This document shows positions 19,253-28,324 of a stretch of 64,000 nucleotides of DNA, piece after piece. The notes below the pieces were generated by a model that was given only the letters and a program-made list of their open reading frames with translations, was not told the origin of the DNA and ran no database searches. Origin of the DNA: an uncultured Ignavibacteriaceae bacterium. GTDB lineage: Bacteria > Zixibacteria > MSB-5A5 > GN15 > PGXB01. The translations under genes were made by a program, and so were the position numbers. The stretch spans positions 4,676-68,675 of the forward strand of contig CAYXTW010000003.1 in the NCBI GenBank assembly GCA_964467955.1, written 5' to 3'. The first letter of the stretch is position 1. Each line of letters opens with the position of its first letter.

Positions 19253-19348
19253 TCACCCGCCCATACCGCCGCTTGGCAGAACAAACCTTAATATCAAACC
19301 CCATACACCCAGAAAAAGCAGCAGGAATATAATATCATAAAAATCCAT
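19253..19348 (-). CDS. Candidate 31-aa hydrophobic small protein (MDFYDIIFLLLFLGVWGLILRFVLPSGGMGG)
   Basis: ATG-to-TGA ORF in the 468-bp gap between the trxA and rhomboid genes. A single predicted TM helix. No convincing RBS. Confidence 0.15.
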   Translation of the reverse strand: MDFYDIIFLLLFLGVWGLILRFVLPSGGMGG

Positions 19349-19537
19349 TGTGCCACAACCCGGTACTATCAGGTTCTCCGTCTTAAATCAGTAAAATTAC
19401 TTGCGAGGTCAGGTTAAAACGGAATGGCTGAACCCTTGACGTCATTTTGTCATCGGCTCAGGTTTTACAACAGGTTATCTGCCAGGGGGCAAAAAAAGTA
19501 AGCAGCAATATATATGTTCTACGATACACTTTCTCCG

Positions 19538-19861
19538 CTAAAGCACTCTGGTTACATGCTCCAAAAGCTGATTTTTCGGCAGTGCCCCAATCACCTGGTC
19601 AACCAACTCACCGTTCTTAAAAATAAGCAGAGCGGGTATCGACATAATTCTGAATTGGCCGGCAACTCTGGCGTTGGTATCGACATCCACTTTGGCGACT
19701 TTCAGCTTGCCGTCATATTCGGCCGCGATATCTTCCAAAATCGGTGCAATCATTTTGCATGGTCCGCACCAGGGCGCCCAGAAGTCGACGATTACAGGAA
19801 TATCGGACTTCAATACTTCGTCATTAAAAGTGTTATCCGTTATCTGGACCGGTTTGCTCAT
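19538..19861 (-). CDS. trxA: Thioredoxin
   Basis: 107 aa with the WCGPC active site. Full-length similarity to TrxA. Confidence 0.9.
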   Translation of the reverse strand: MSKPVQITDNTFNDEVLKSDIPVIVDFWAPWCGPCKMIAPILEDIAAEYDGKLKVAKVDVDTNARVAGQFRIMSIPALLIFKNGELVDQVIGALPKNQLLEHVTRVL

Positions 19862-19911
19862 TTTTAAACCTCACAATCATGTTAACAGTTATTTTTTTAA
19901 CATATTCAAAA

Positions 19912-21567
19912 TCAATTTGTTCCCAGCATCGCCTGTCTGACCAGGGTCACCGGAATCGTACCGTAGGAAAGCAATCTATTATGGATGTCCCGGATCGGCA
20001 TATCGGGGGATTGGAATCGGATATCCCTCAAAAGCTTTTCTATCTCGATTTTACCCATCAGATAACTCATTGGCTGCGTTGGTGTTTGCGTGTAACGCCT
20101 GACTTCTGCCCGGGCATTGGAATTTTCCAGCCGGGCCGTATTAACCAACATGGTAACAGCTTCATCAAATGTACACTCCCCGGCATGAAGTCTGACATCG
20201 AGGACCACGCGACATGACCGCCAAAGCTGATCTTTTAGCTGCATCAATTCTATTCGTTTATCACGATAGAAACCGGTCTCCCTCATCAAATCTTCACAGT
20301 ACAGGGCCCATCCTTCGGCGAAAACGGAAGTGCGGAATATTCTCCTGATCTTCGATTTGATAAGATTGGCATGACATAACTGCAGATGATGCCCCGGATA
20401 TCCTTCATGTAACGATCGAACCGTAATTGCGGATCGACTATGACCGGAAAGCTGCTCTCTTTTTTTATCATCCGACGCCGACCTATCAACCGGCGTCACC
20501 CAAAAAAATCCGGTTTGATCGGCTTCAAAGGGCGCCGGCATCATATAGGCGGCATACGGAAGAAGCGCGCGCATAAAGGCTGGTGTTTCCATAAGCTCCA
20601 GCATTTCATTATCCGGGACCGAGACAATTTCCCTTTCCATAATAAACCGACGCGTCGCGGCTACTTCTTTTTTATAATAATCAAGAAGCTCCTCGGCGGC
20701 AGGATAATCGTTCTTGATCTCTTCGATTACTTCCGGCCAGCTTTTGCCGGGATTGACTTCATTATTTAATTCATTGAGTCTGTTAGTCGTCTTGTCTATA
20801 TAATCCAGGCCAATTTGCTCAAGTTCGTTAGAGGTATAGGGCAGCATATGGATTTCTTTAAGGAGTAATTCATATAATTTCCGACCGGCAGCGAAGCTGC
20901 CATCCGGTTTGGCGGACAACTCATCATCCAAAAATCTCCTGTAATCTTTGACGACCTTAATGGTGAGGTCACTGGCGGCGAGGAGCTCGTTTTTTAGAGA
21001 AGGAACTTCTCCTGAAATAGCCCCGATTGTCCCGGAAAAAAATATTCCGGCCGAATCGGCCATATCACGAGCAACTTCCAGCCAGATCTCGGGAATAAAA
21101 TCAGCCTTGCGAAGATTTTCCTTGGCTTCCGACAGTAATTCGGGTATAGCCTTCAAACGAGAGACCAAGGCCGCATATCTTTGTTCTTTGTCCGCAAAAT
21201 CTCGGAGCCATAAAATATGACATGACGACGTTATTAGATTAATATAAAGCGAAGGGTCACGAAAATAACGTTTAAAGACCTGATGATAAACCGGATCAGC
21301 CCGAAGAATACCGGTCAAGATTTCCAGGTCGATTTGACTTTCCTTATTGAGCGATCCTTCAGCTTCGAAACTTTCGCATAAATGGAGATATTCTTTTTCC
21401 TTTTCTATAAAATCATCGATAGCGGCCTGACTAACATTTTCCAGCAGATGATCGAATTTATGAATACCGATGTACGTGGCCCGGCTCGGATACATTTGAA
21501 GATATTCATCTATGAAGCTATCCACCATATCAACAAAGGTGGCATCATTGAACTCAGATAGTTGCAC
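19912..21567 (-). CDS. DUF885-family protein (putative Zn-dependent peptidase-like)
   Basis: 551 aa. HEGYPGHHLQ matches the DUF885 HExxPGHHxQ signature. Confidence 0.6.
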   Translation of the reverse strand: MQLSEFNDATFVDMVDSFIDEYLQMYPSRATYIGIHKFDHLLENVSQAAIDDFIEKEKEYLHLCESFEAEGSLNKESQIDLEILTGILRADPVYHQVFKRYFRDPSLYINLITSSCHILWLRDFADKEQRYAALVSRLKAIPELLSEAKENLRKADFIPEIWLEVARDMADSAGIFFSGTIGAISGEVPSLKNELLAASDLTIKVVKDYRRFLDDELSAKPDGSFAAGRKLYELLLKEIHMLPYTSNELEQIGLDYIDKTTNRLNELNNEVNPGKSWPEVIEEIKNDYPAAEELLDYYKKEVAATRRFIMEREIVSVPDNEMLELMETPAFMRALLPYAAYMMPAPFEADQTGFFWVTPVDRSASDDKKREQLSGHSRSAITVRSLHEGYPGHHLQLCHANLIKSKIRRIFRTSVFAEGWALYCEDLMRETGFYRDKRIELMQLKDQLWRSCRVVLDVRLHAGECTFDEAVTMLVNTARLENSNARAEVRRYTQTPTQPMSYLMGKIEIEKLLRDIRFQSPDMPIRDIHNRLLSYGTIPVTLVRQAMLGTN

Positions 21568-21571
21568 TTAA

Positions 21572-24500
21572 TTAGACCTTTCCGATTATCGCCGTATGTT
21601 TGCTGACGACCTGACCGACAAACGCCTCCAATCGCGTCTCTTCGCCGGTATCCTGCAGACCTTCATAGCTGATGTTAAGCCAGGGAATGTCGCCCAGATC
21701 GTTCGATATTTTACGCGATAATGACGTGACAATCGTCCCCGGCATACAATTAAACGGCATACAATTGACAATCCCGGCGGCGCCGTTTTCGACAAAATCA
21801 ATCGCCTTACCGATCGACAGAATCGCCTCTCCCCTGACGTCCACCGAAAGATAAGGCGAGGCCATCGCGATAACCCGGTCGACTTTGGTTTCCGCATCAA
21901 TCGGAAAATGTTTCATAAAATGTTTTTCGATCTTATGCTCATCGTGATGCTGATAAAACTCCTGAATGATAGCGCGAAGGATATTATTCCACTCTTTCTT
22001 ATAAATTGAGTCCAGCCGGTAAGTATAAGATGTATAATTAATCCACTCGCCAAATGTCGCCAGTTTTACTTCCAGCCCCAGATTCTCAAGTTTGGTAATA
22101 AGATAATTGTTGGAAAAACGATTATTTCGCAGATATATCTCACCGACCAGGCCTACAACCGGCTTCGGCGATTCATCTACCGGAATTCGAGCAAACTCCT
22201 TTGCGGCGGTCCCGGCCAGATTTAATAAATCCCCATTACCGGCCACGTAGTCATTGACCTTATGAAGATACCTATAATACATTTCTTCGGATTGACCGGG
22301 ATTTAATTCGTATGGTCTGGTTTTTAATAGAGCTTTGATCAGACAATCGACATATACCATGCCTTTCCACGCATAACGGCGGAAAGCAGTGCTGTCCATA
22401 CCGAAATCGGTGTACGAGGTGTTTGAATTGGGCGAATAAATCGGTACATTTTTATAGCCGAGATCATCAAGGACAATACGATGATACTGGCAGTATTGTC
22501 CGAAACGGCACGGCCCATCGGCACCCGGCATAAAGAATACCGAATGATCCGGTTTGAAACCGTCCGACCTTATTTTTTTAATCATATCTCCGGTCGTAAC
22601 CGCACAGGGGAAACACTCTTTGCCGGAGGTAAACTTCTTTCCCCATGTCAGGCTTTCCTGATCCGGTTCATCGAGCACCTCAGCCCGGATGCCGCATTTT
22701 TCGAACGCGGCGCGTACGGCATAAGCATGATCGCACATATTCGGAAGATAGATAACCTTATCAGCCGGCGAAAAGTTTTTATTCGCCGGAGAGTACTCGG
22801 TAACCGGTGGCTTATAATTATAAAACCGAAGCGAATCCAGAAATGCTTCCGCGCGCGTTATCATGCCCGCGTCGGCCGAATGCTCATCCATTTCCAGCTG
22901 AAGGTAAGGTTTGCCCGACATAACCCGCCGGAAGAAATGAGTTATGAACGAATCGGGCCCGCAGCCGAATGATGTCAAATAGACGGCATACAGATTCGGA
23001 TGTTTGCGAATATAACTCGCAGCCGATAAAATCTTCCGGCCATATAACCAGTACATCGTGGAAAGATCCTCGGAATCAAGGTCCAGAGGAAGGAAATCAA
23101 TCGGGATGACGGTTATACCCATTTTCCTTATTTTGCCCGGAATCTCGAGTGACAGGCGACGGTCGAAGCCATTATATGGTCGGCTGATTATCACCATACA
23201 TTTTTCATCGCTTTTCAATTGGCCAAGGACTTTACGGCCGACATCTGCGATGCTGCGGCAGTACATGTCGTACGCTTTCATACCGTTGTTGACGGCCTTT
23301 TTCAACTCCTTTTCCGATATATGCAATACTTTAAGTGGTCGACGTAAGTGCCCCATTGTTTTGGCGTTATCGCGATGCAGCCCTATCGGCGCCCCGATAA
23401 ATTTTATCCCCTCTTTTTCAAAGTCAAAGCTGGCCTGAATGGTATTCGAGATCGTTTGGACGTACGGGCAAATATAGCTGCCGTTATCCTCCAATTCATT
23501 GTTATCAGAAAATCTGATAATTCCCGGCAGGAAAATATAATCGACTTTTTTCTTAATCAGGTTATCCACATGCCCGAAGGCCATCTTTACCGGGAAACAT
23601 GTCTCGGCGACAAATTTCTCGAGCGAGGACTCGACGATTTCATGATTGGATAAATCCGAATTGACAACTTCATATCCAAGCGTCTCGAAAAACGCCTTCC
23701 AGTACGGATAAAATTCGAAGAAGTGCAGCACGCGGGGAATACCGACCCGACCTTTCGATTTTCGTTTCCAGTCGATATCGATATATCGCCTCATTAGTAA
23801 ACGTTGGCGGATATTGAAATAATCGGGGATACGGACTTTCTCTTTTTTACGCTTGACATCATATTTCTCGCAGCGACTTCCGTAATAAAGCGGTTCCTCT
23901 CCTTCAACTTCCACTTTGCGGATTTCGCACATATTATCACAGTCTTCACACGTGAAACTGCTCAAAGTATATTGTTTACGTGAAAGATCAAATCCTTTAA
24001 ACTTGGTACCGTTTCCCGTTTCTACTTCCATAGCCAAAATTGCTGCCCCGATCGCCCCGGTGACATCGTGGTGCGGCGGAACGGTAACTTTTTTCCCGGT
24101 AAGTTTTTCGAAGGCGGCGACAACCCCCCTATTCCAGGCGACACCTCCCTGGAAAAATAATTTTTCACCTATTTTTCTGTCCCCGACCACTTTAGTCAGA
24201 TAATTGGACGCTATCGAATAAGCCAATCCGGCGACGAGGTCATCGGTCCCGGCACCAGCCCGTTGATGGCTGACCAGATCCGATTCCATAAAAACGGTAC
24301 ATCGTTCGCCGCACCCGACCGGGCAAGATGCCGATAATGCCCTGTCGCCGAATTCCTGCTCAATATTGATTTCAAGCTTTTCTGCCTGTTCCTGCAGGAA
24401 TGAACCGGTACCGGCGGCACACGCCTTGTTCATCTCGAAATCAATCACTGTTTTATCATGCAGAGAAATATACTTCGAATCCTGCCCGCCGATTTCGAAA

Positions 24501-25750
24501 ATAGTGTCCACTTCCGGATCGATTTCGATAGCTGCCGTTGCCTGAGCTGTAATTTCATTTTTAATCGTATCAGCCCCAACGAAATCACCGGTCAGATAGC
24601 GCCCCGATCCGGTCGTCCCCACGCCGATCACATTGACCCGATCGCCGACCTCATCGCCGATCTCGGCCAAGCCTCGCCGCACCGCTTCAATCGGCCGACC
24701 TTCGGTCATCAAGTAACGACGCGCCACGACATTTTTATCTTTGTCGATCAAGACCAGATTGGTCGATAGTGAGCCAACGTCAATGCCGAGATAAACCTCG
24801 AGATTATCGATGTTATTGCAGTATTTTTCTCTGGTTACCGAATAATATTTTGTATCGGGAAAATCAAAGGTTAGTTTTTCCCGTCCACCTGTGGGCACAT
24901 TACGATATTTTAAATATCCGGTGATTTTCTCCGGATCGATAACGGTCATGTTGCCGTTTTCCGATTGGGAAGCGAGAATAGCGGCGCCAATGGCGCCCAT
25001 AACATTATAATGCTCCGGAATTATCAACTGGTCTTTCTCAAGTTCCAGAACATCGATAAACGCCCTGACAACACCCGGATTGGCCGCAACGCCGCCCTCG
25101 AAGGCAACCGGCGGAAGAAATTTTTTACCGCGCGCTATGGCGCTCTTGAAATTCCTGACAACCGCATAACACAGGCCGGCGACAATATCATAATCGGGAG
25201 TGGCAATCTGCTGCAGGTGAATCATATCCGACTTGGCGAAGACCGAACATCGACCCGCAATGCGGGGCGGTTTGGCCGATTTCAGCGCCAGTTGCCCGAA
25301 TTCATCCTCTATTGATATCTTTAATCGCCCGGCTTGCTGATCCAGAAACGAACCCGTTCCGGCGGCACAAAGGTTGTTCATACTGAAATCGACGACGGTT
25401 TTTTTCTCAGGATCCAGCTGGATAAATTTCGAATCCTCCCCGCCCATTTCAATAATAGTACGGACTTCGGGCTGCAGCAGAAAATTGGCCGCGCTGAAGG
25501 CATTAATCTCCCCGTAAGATTCACCTCCAAGAACTAATACACCTGTTTTACCACCGATTCCGGTAAAGCCGAGTTTGACCTCATCCCGGAGGATATCTTC
25601 AAATTCGGATTCGAGAAGGTTTTTTAATGTCAAATACGGCTGACCGTGAAACCGTCGATAAGCGGTTTTGATTATATCCAGCGTTCCGTCAAGGACCGCG
25701 ACCTTAACCGAAACCGATCCAATGTCAATACCGACCGAATAGTTCTTCAC
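21572..25750 (-). CDS. Fused 2x BadF/BadG/BcrA/BcrD-type ATPase (2-hydroxyacyl-CoA dehydratase activase) plus HgdB/DUF2229-like dehydratase-component protein
   Basis: 1392 aa. Two ASKHA activase modules are each marked by the cluster-helix motif CAAGTGSFL (NLCAAGTGSFLDQQAGRL and KACAAGTGSFLQEQAEKL). A C-terminal 600 or more aa resembles the YjiM/HgdB-like dehydratase D-component. Confidence 0.75.
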   Translation of the reverse strand: MKNYSVGIDIGSVSVKVAVLDGTLDIIKTAYRRFHGQPYLTLKNLLESEFEDILRDEVKLGFTGIGGKTGVLVLGGESYGEINAFSAANFLLQPEVRTIIEMGGEDSKFIQLDPEKKTVVDFSMNNLCAAGTGSFLDQQAGRLKISIEDEFGQLALKSAKPPRIAGRCSVFAKSDMIHLQQIATPDYDIVAGLCYAVVRNFKSAIARGKKFLPPVAFEGGVAANPGVVRAFIDVLELEKDQLIIPEHYNVMGAIGAAILASQSENGNMTVIDPEKITGYLKYRNVPTGGREKLTFDFPDTKYYSVTREKYCNNIDNLEVYLGIDVGSLSTNLVLIDKDKNVVARRYLMTEGRPIEAVRRGLAEIGDEVGDRVNVIGVGTTGSGRYLTGDFVGADTIKNEITAQATAAIEIDPEVDTIFEIGGQDSKYISLHDKTVIDFEMNKACAAGTGSFLQEQAEKLEINIEQEFGDRALSASCPVGCGERCTVFMESDLVSHQRAGAGTDDLVAGLAYSIASNYLTKVVGDRKIGEKLFFQGGVAWNRGVVAAFEKLTGKKVTVPPHHDVTGAIGAAILAMEVETGNGTKFKGFDLSRKQYTLSSFTCEDCDNMCEIRKVEVEGEEPLYYGSRCEKYDVKRKKEKVRIPDYFNIRQRLLMRRYIDIDWKRKSKGRVGIPRVLHFFEFYPYWKAFFETLGYEVVNSDLSNHEIVESSLEKFVAETCFPVKMAFGHVDNLIKKKVDYIFLPGIIRFSDNNELEDNGSYICPYVQTISNTIQASFDFEKEGIKFIGAPIGLHRDNAKTMGHLRRPLKVLHISEKELKKAVNNGMKAYDMYCRSIADVGRKVLGQLKSDEKCMVIISRPYNGFDRRLSLEIPGKIRKMGITVIPIDFLPLDLDSEDLSTMYWLYGRKILSAASYIRKHPNLYAVYLTSFGCGPDSFITHFFRRVMSGKPYLQLEMDEHSADAGMITRAEAFLDSLRFYNYKPPVTEYSPANKNFSPADKVIYLPNMCDHAYAVRAAFEKCGIRAEVLDEPDQESLTWGKKFTSGKECFPCAVTTGDMIKKIRSDGFKPDHSVFFMPGADGPCRFGQYCQYHRIVLDDLGYKNVPIYSPNSNTSYTDFGMDSTAFRRYAWKGMVYVDCLIKALLKTRPYELNPGQSEEMYYRYLHKVNDYVAGNGDLLNLAGTAAKEFARIPVDESPKPVVGLVGEIYLRNNRFSNNYLITKLENLGLEVKLATFGEWINYTSYTYRLDSIYKKEWNNILRAIIQEFYQHHDEHKIEKHFMKHFPIDAETKVDRVIAMASPYLSVDVRGEAILSIGKAIDFVENGAAGIVNCMPFNCMPGTIVTSLSRKISNDLGDIPWLNISYEGLQDTGEETRLEAFVGQVVSKHTAIIGKV

Positions 25751-25876
25751 GCTACTTTTCTCCCGCCTAATTTCGTGAATTTAAGAAGTTTTACGATTAA
25801 TTCCAATTAAATATTTTTCGAAAATTACATAATATTTTGACTGAAAGCTCTTTTGATTGTATTATCTTTTATAATT

Positions 25877-26323
25877 ATGCGTTTATTGCTGCAAAGAGTG
25901 GCTTCCGCCTCGGTCATGGTCGACGACAAAATCATCGGTCAGATTGGCCACGGAATACTGATTCTGGCCGGTTTCAGAAAGGGCGACAAACAGGTATCCA
26001 TAAAAAAATTGGCTGATAAATGCATTAATTTGAGAATCTTCGAGGACGAGGAGTCCAGGATGAATCTTTCCCTGCTGGACATTAAAGGCGAATTGCTTGT
26101 CATTTCCCAATTTACTTTATATGCCAACTGCCATAAGGGTCGCCGGCCGAGTTTCGATCAGAGTATGCTTCCGGATGAAGCTAACCGGTTTTATGAACTA
26201 CTAATCGAGGAATTTGCCCGCTCGGGATTGAAGGTGGAAAGAGGCGTTTTCGGGGCAAAGATGCAAATAGAACTGCTTAATGACGGCCCGGTTACGATAT
26301 CGCTTGATGACGACGAAATATAA
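25877..26323 (+). CDS. dtd: D-aminoacyl-tRNA deacylase
   Basis: MRLLLQRVASASV...SQFTLYA...GRRPSF are classic Dtd motifs. Start is taken at the internal Met (25877) of the longer ORF. Confidence 0.85.
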   Translation: MRLLLQRVASASVMVDDKIIGQIGHGILILAGFRKGDKQVSIKKLADKCINLRIFEDEESRMNLSLLDIKGELLVISQFTLYANCHKGRRPSFDQSMLPDEANRFYELLIEEFARSGLKVERGVFGAKMQIELLNDGPVTISLDDDEI

Positions 26324-26357
26324 AAATCTGCGGCGGCTGCTTGATATCTATAATCTG

Positions 26358-26933
26358 GTGCTTGCCTCCGGTTCGCCCCGACGAGTCGGGCTTTTAATAG
26401 AGGCCGGAATCGCTTTTCGGCAGATAATCCCTGATATCAATGAAGCGAACTCAAAGCAATTGAAGCCGTATGAATTGGCGATGTTGCTCGCCCGGAAAAA
26501 ATCACAAGCGGTCGTGGAACAGATTAATAATAATGAAGTTGTCCTCGGATGCGATACGATTGTCGTCCTCAATGAGCAAATACTCGGTAAACCCTCGTCG
26601 AAAAATGAGGCGGTACAAATGCTGGCGCAACTGGCCGGAAACAAACACACTGTCTGTTCGGCAATTGCTCTGTCGACCGCAAACGATGAAACGGCTGGAG
26701 GTTTTGAGTTGACCGATGTCTATTTTAAAAAAGTCTCATTGCGGGAAATCGAAGATTATGCGGCCAGCGGAGAGCCTCTGGATAAGGCGGGGGCCTATGG
26801 AATACAGGAGCGCGGGGTTTTTTTGGTTGACAGGTTTGTGGGAAATATTGATAATGTTATCGGTCTGCCCATGACGCTGTTGGATGAACTTGCTGGCAGA
26901 CTGGGTGAAAAGTTGAGGTTATATGCCGGATGA
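26358..26933 (+). CDS. maf: Maf-family nucleoside-triphosphate pyrophosphatase
   Basis: (V)LASGSPRR is the typical Maf N-terminus, with a GTG start at 26358. Upstream in-frame ATGs at 26280 and 26307 would overlap dtd. Similarity to the Maf family extends along the whole length. Confidence 0.8.
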   Translation: MLASGSPRRVGLLIEAGIAFRQIIPDINEANSKQLKPYELAMLLARKKSQAVVEQINNNEVVLGCDTIVVLNEQILGKPSSKNEAVQMLAQLAGNKHTVCSAIALSTANDETAGGFELTDVYFKKVSLREIEDYAASGEPLDKAGAYGIQERGVFLVDRFVGNIDNVIGLPMTLLDELAGRLGEKLRLYAG

Positions 26934-27738
26934 GTATAAAGATATAGGTAACAAACTTGGCCAGAAGAGAAAAGAGCTGGGCAAGGAAATCGATGAAATC
27001 TCAGAAATAATAAAGGTCTCGTCGGAGTATCTGAAAGCTATCGAAAAGGGCGACTTTAAGGCCTTGCCCTCGATTGTCTATTATAAATTGTTCGTACGCT
27101 CATACGCTCAGGAGTTGGGTCTGGACGGCAACCAGTTGCTCGAGCAGTTTGAGATAGAAGATGAATCTGTCGAGGGGGATGACGGGTCCGTTTCCGAGAA
27201 GAAAACTGCCGTCAAGAAAAGAAGACGACCCGAAAGCGAAACGCCGTTATTAAAAATCGGCATTATACTTGCCATTATAGTAATCATCGCCTTTATCATT
27301 ATCATTATGTTAGTTCCCCATAATGATAAAATTGGCAGGACCGGCAATGTGGAGGAAAATATTGATACGATCGAGAGCAATCCGGACAGCCAATCTCTTC
27401 TCATGCAAAATGTTGCTCCCCCCGAAGATAGCACGCCGCAGCCGGTCGAGCTCCCCATGAGATTGAGCATCTTTATCAAGGATTCATGCTGGATAATGGT
27501 TGCTGCTGATGGCGATACGGTTTTGAAGAATACTTTGCAAAGCGGGGCGAGAAGAAGCTACACTGCCGACTATCGATTTTTAATTTCCATGGGTAACCCG
27601 TACAATGTCGATTTGAAAATAAATGATACGCTTCTTCGGGATATTTCAAATCAGGGTCGAGTCGTAAAAGGATTTGAGATTAATCGCTTGAATAAAGCGG
27701 ATTTATTTTATATTCCGGAGGATAGTCTTGCTGAATAG
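26923..27738 (+). CDS. rodZ: RodZ-like cytoskeleton protein (N-terminal HTH, TM anchor, C-terminal DUF4115-like domain)
   Basis: 271 aa. The HTH (LGQKRKELGKEIDEISEIIKVSSEYLKAIEKGDF), TM (IGIILAIIVIIAFIIIIML) and C-terminal beta-domain match the RodZ architecture. Confidence 0.6.
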   Translation: MPDEYKDIGNKLGQKRKELGKEIDEISEIIKVSSEYLKAIEKGDFKALPSIVYYKLFVRSYAQELGLDGNQLLEQFEIEDESVEGDDGSVSEKKTAVKKRRRPESETPLLKIGIILAIIVIIAFIIIIMLVPHNDKIGRTGNVEENIDTIESNPDSQSLLMQNVAPPEDSTPQPVELPMRLSIFIKDSCWIMVAADGDTVLKNTLQSGARRSYTADYRFLISMGNPYNVDLKINDTLLRDISNQGRVVKGFEINRLNKADLFYIPEDSLAE

Positions 27739-28306
27739 ACTGCACAAATTTGCGGCCGGATTTCATTTGCGAATGCTTCGGCGAAAATTTCGACCCGCTT
27801 CATTCTCTCTTCCGGATGACCTGTTCAATATCAAGAATGTCCTGGTTTGCCTTCCCCCCGGCCAGCGTCAGCTTACAATGATCAAAGATTTATTACCGGA
27901 ATTGACAAGGATTTTCAATGAATCGGAAATATATTTGATGGCTTCACCGGGACGCTCCGTTTATGATATATTCCCACGGAAAGGATACCGTATTATGACA
28001 CCTTCCTCAAATCACGTAAGCTGGAGCGGTCTGGCGACCAAAAACTATATCAATCTGCTGAAAGAAAACACCTACGATCTGATTCTGGATTTGAATTTAT
28101 ACCCTAATCGTTTTGCTCAATCGATACTTCTGTCTTTCCCCGAAGCCATAAGAATCGGCAATCGAAACAGCCTTGGTGTTCCGCATTATAATATCGAGAT
28201 AAAAACCAGGTTTGTGCGTGATGAAAAGAAAATCTATCGATCGATTATTGAAACTATTGATCGTCTGAAAAATCCCGCGCAATCCAATAATAATATTCAT
28301 GTTTAA
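27728..28306 (+). CDS. Hypothetical protein; weak resemblance to the N-terminal domain of GT9 heptosyltransferases (truncated)
   Basis: 192 aa. IKNVLVCLPPGQ... and YDLILDLN are reminiscent of GT9 N-domain motifs. The C-terminal catalytic half is absent. Confidence 0.3.
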   Translation: MLNRLHKFAAGFHLRMLRRKFRPASFSLPDDLFNIKNVLVCLPPGQRQLTMIKDLLPELTRIFNESEIYLMASPGRSVYDIFPRKGYRIMTPSSNHVSWSGLATKNYINLLKENTYDLILDLNLYPNRFAQSILLSFPEAIRIGNRNSLGVPHYNIEIKTRFVRDEKKIYRSIIETIDRLKNPAQSNNNIHV

Positions 28307-28324
28307 ATGATTTCCGGAGGATAA

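Noticed and set aside
25853-26358. dtd and maf as a single fused or frameshifted ORF, because the two ORFs overlap by about 40 nt.
   Set aside because: The two proteins are in different frames, each full length relative to its family. A GTG at 26358 gives the canonical Maf N-terminus (M)LASGSPRR without overlap.
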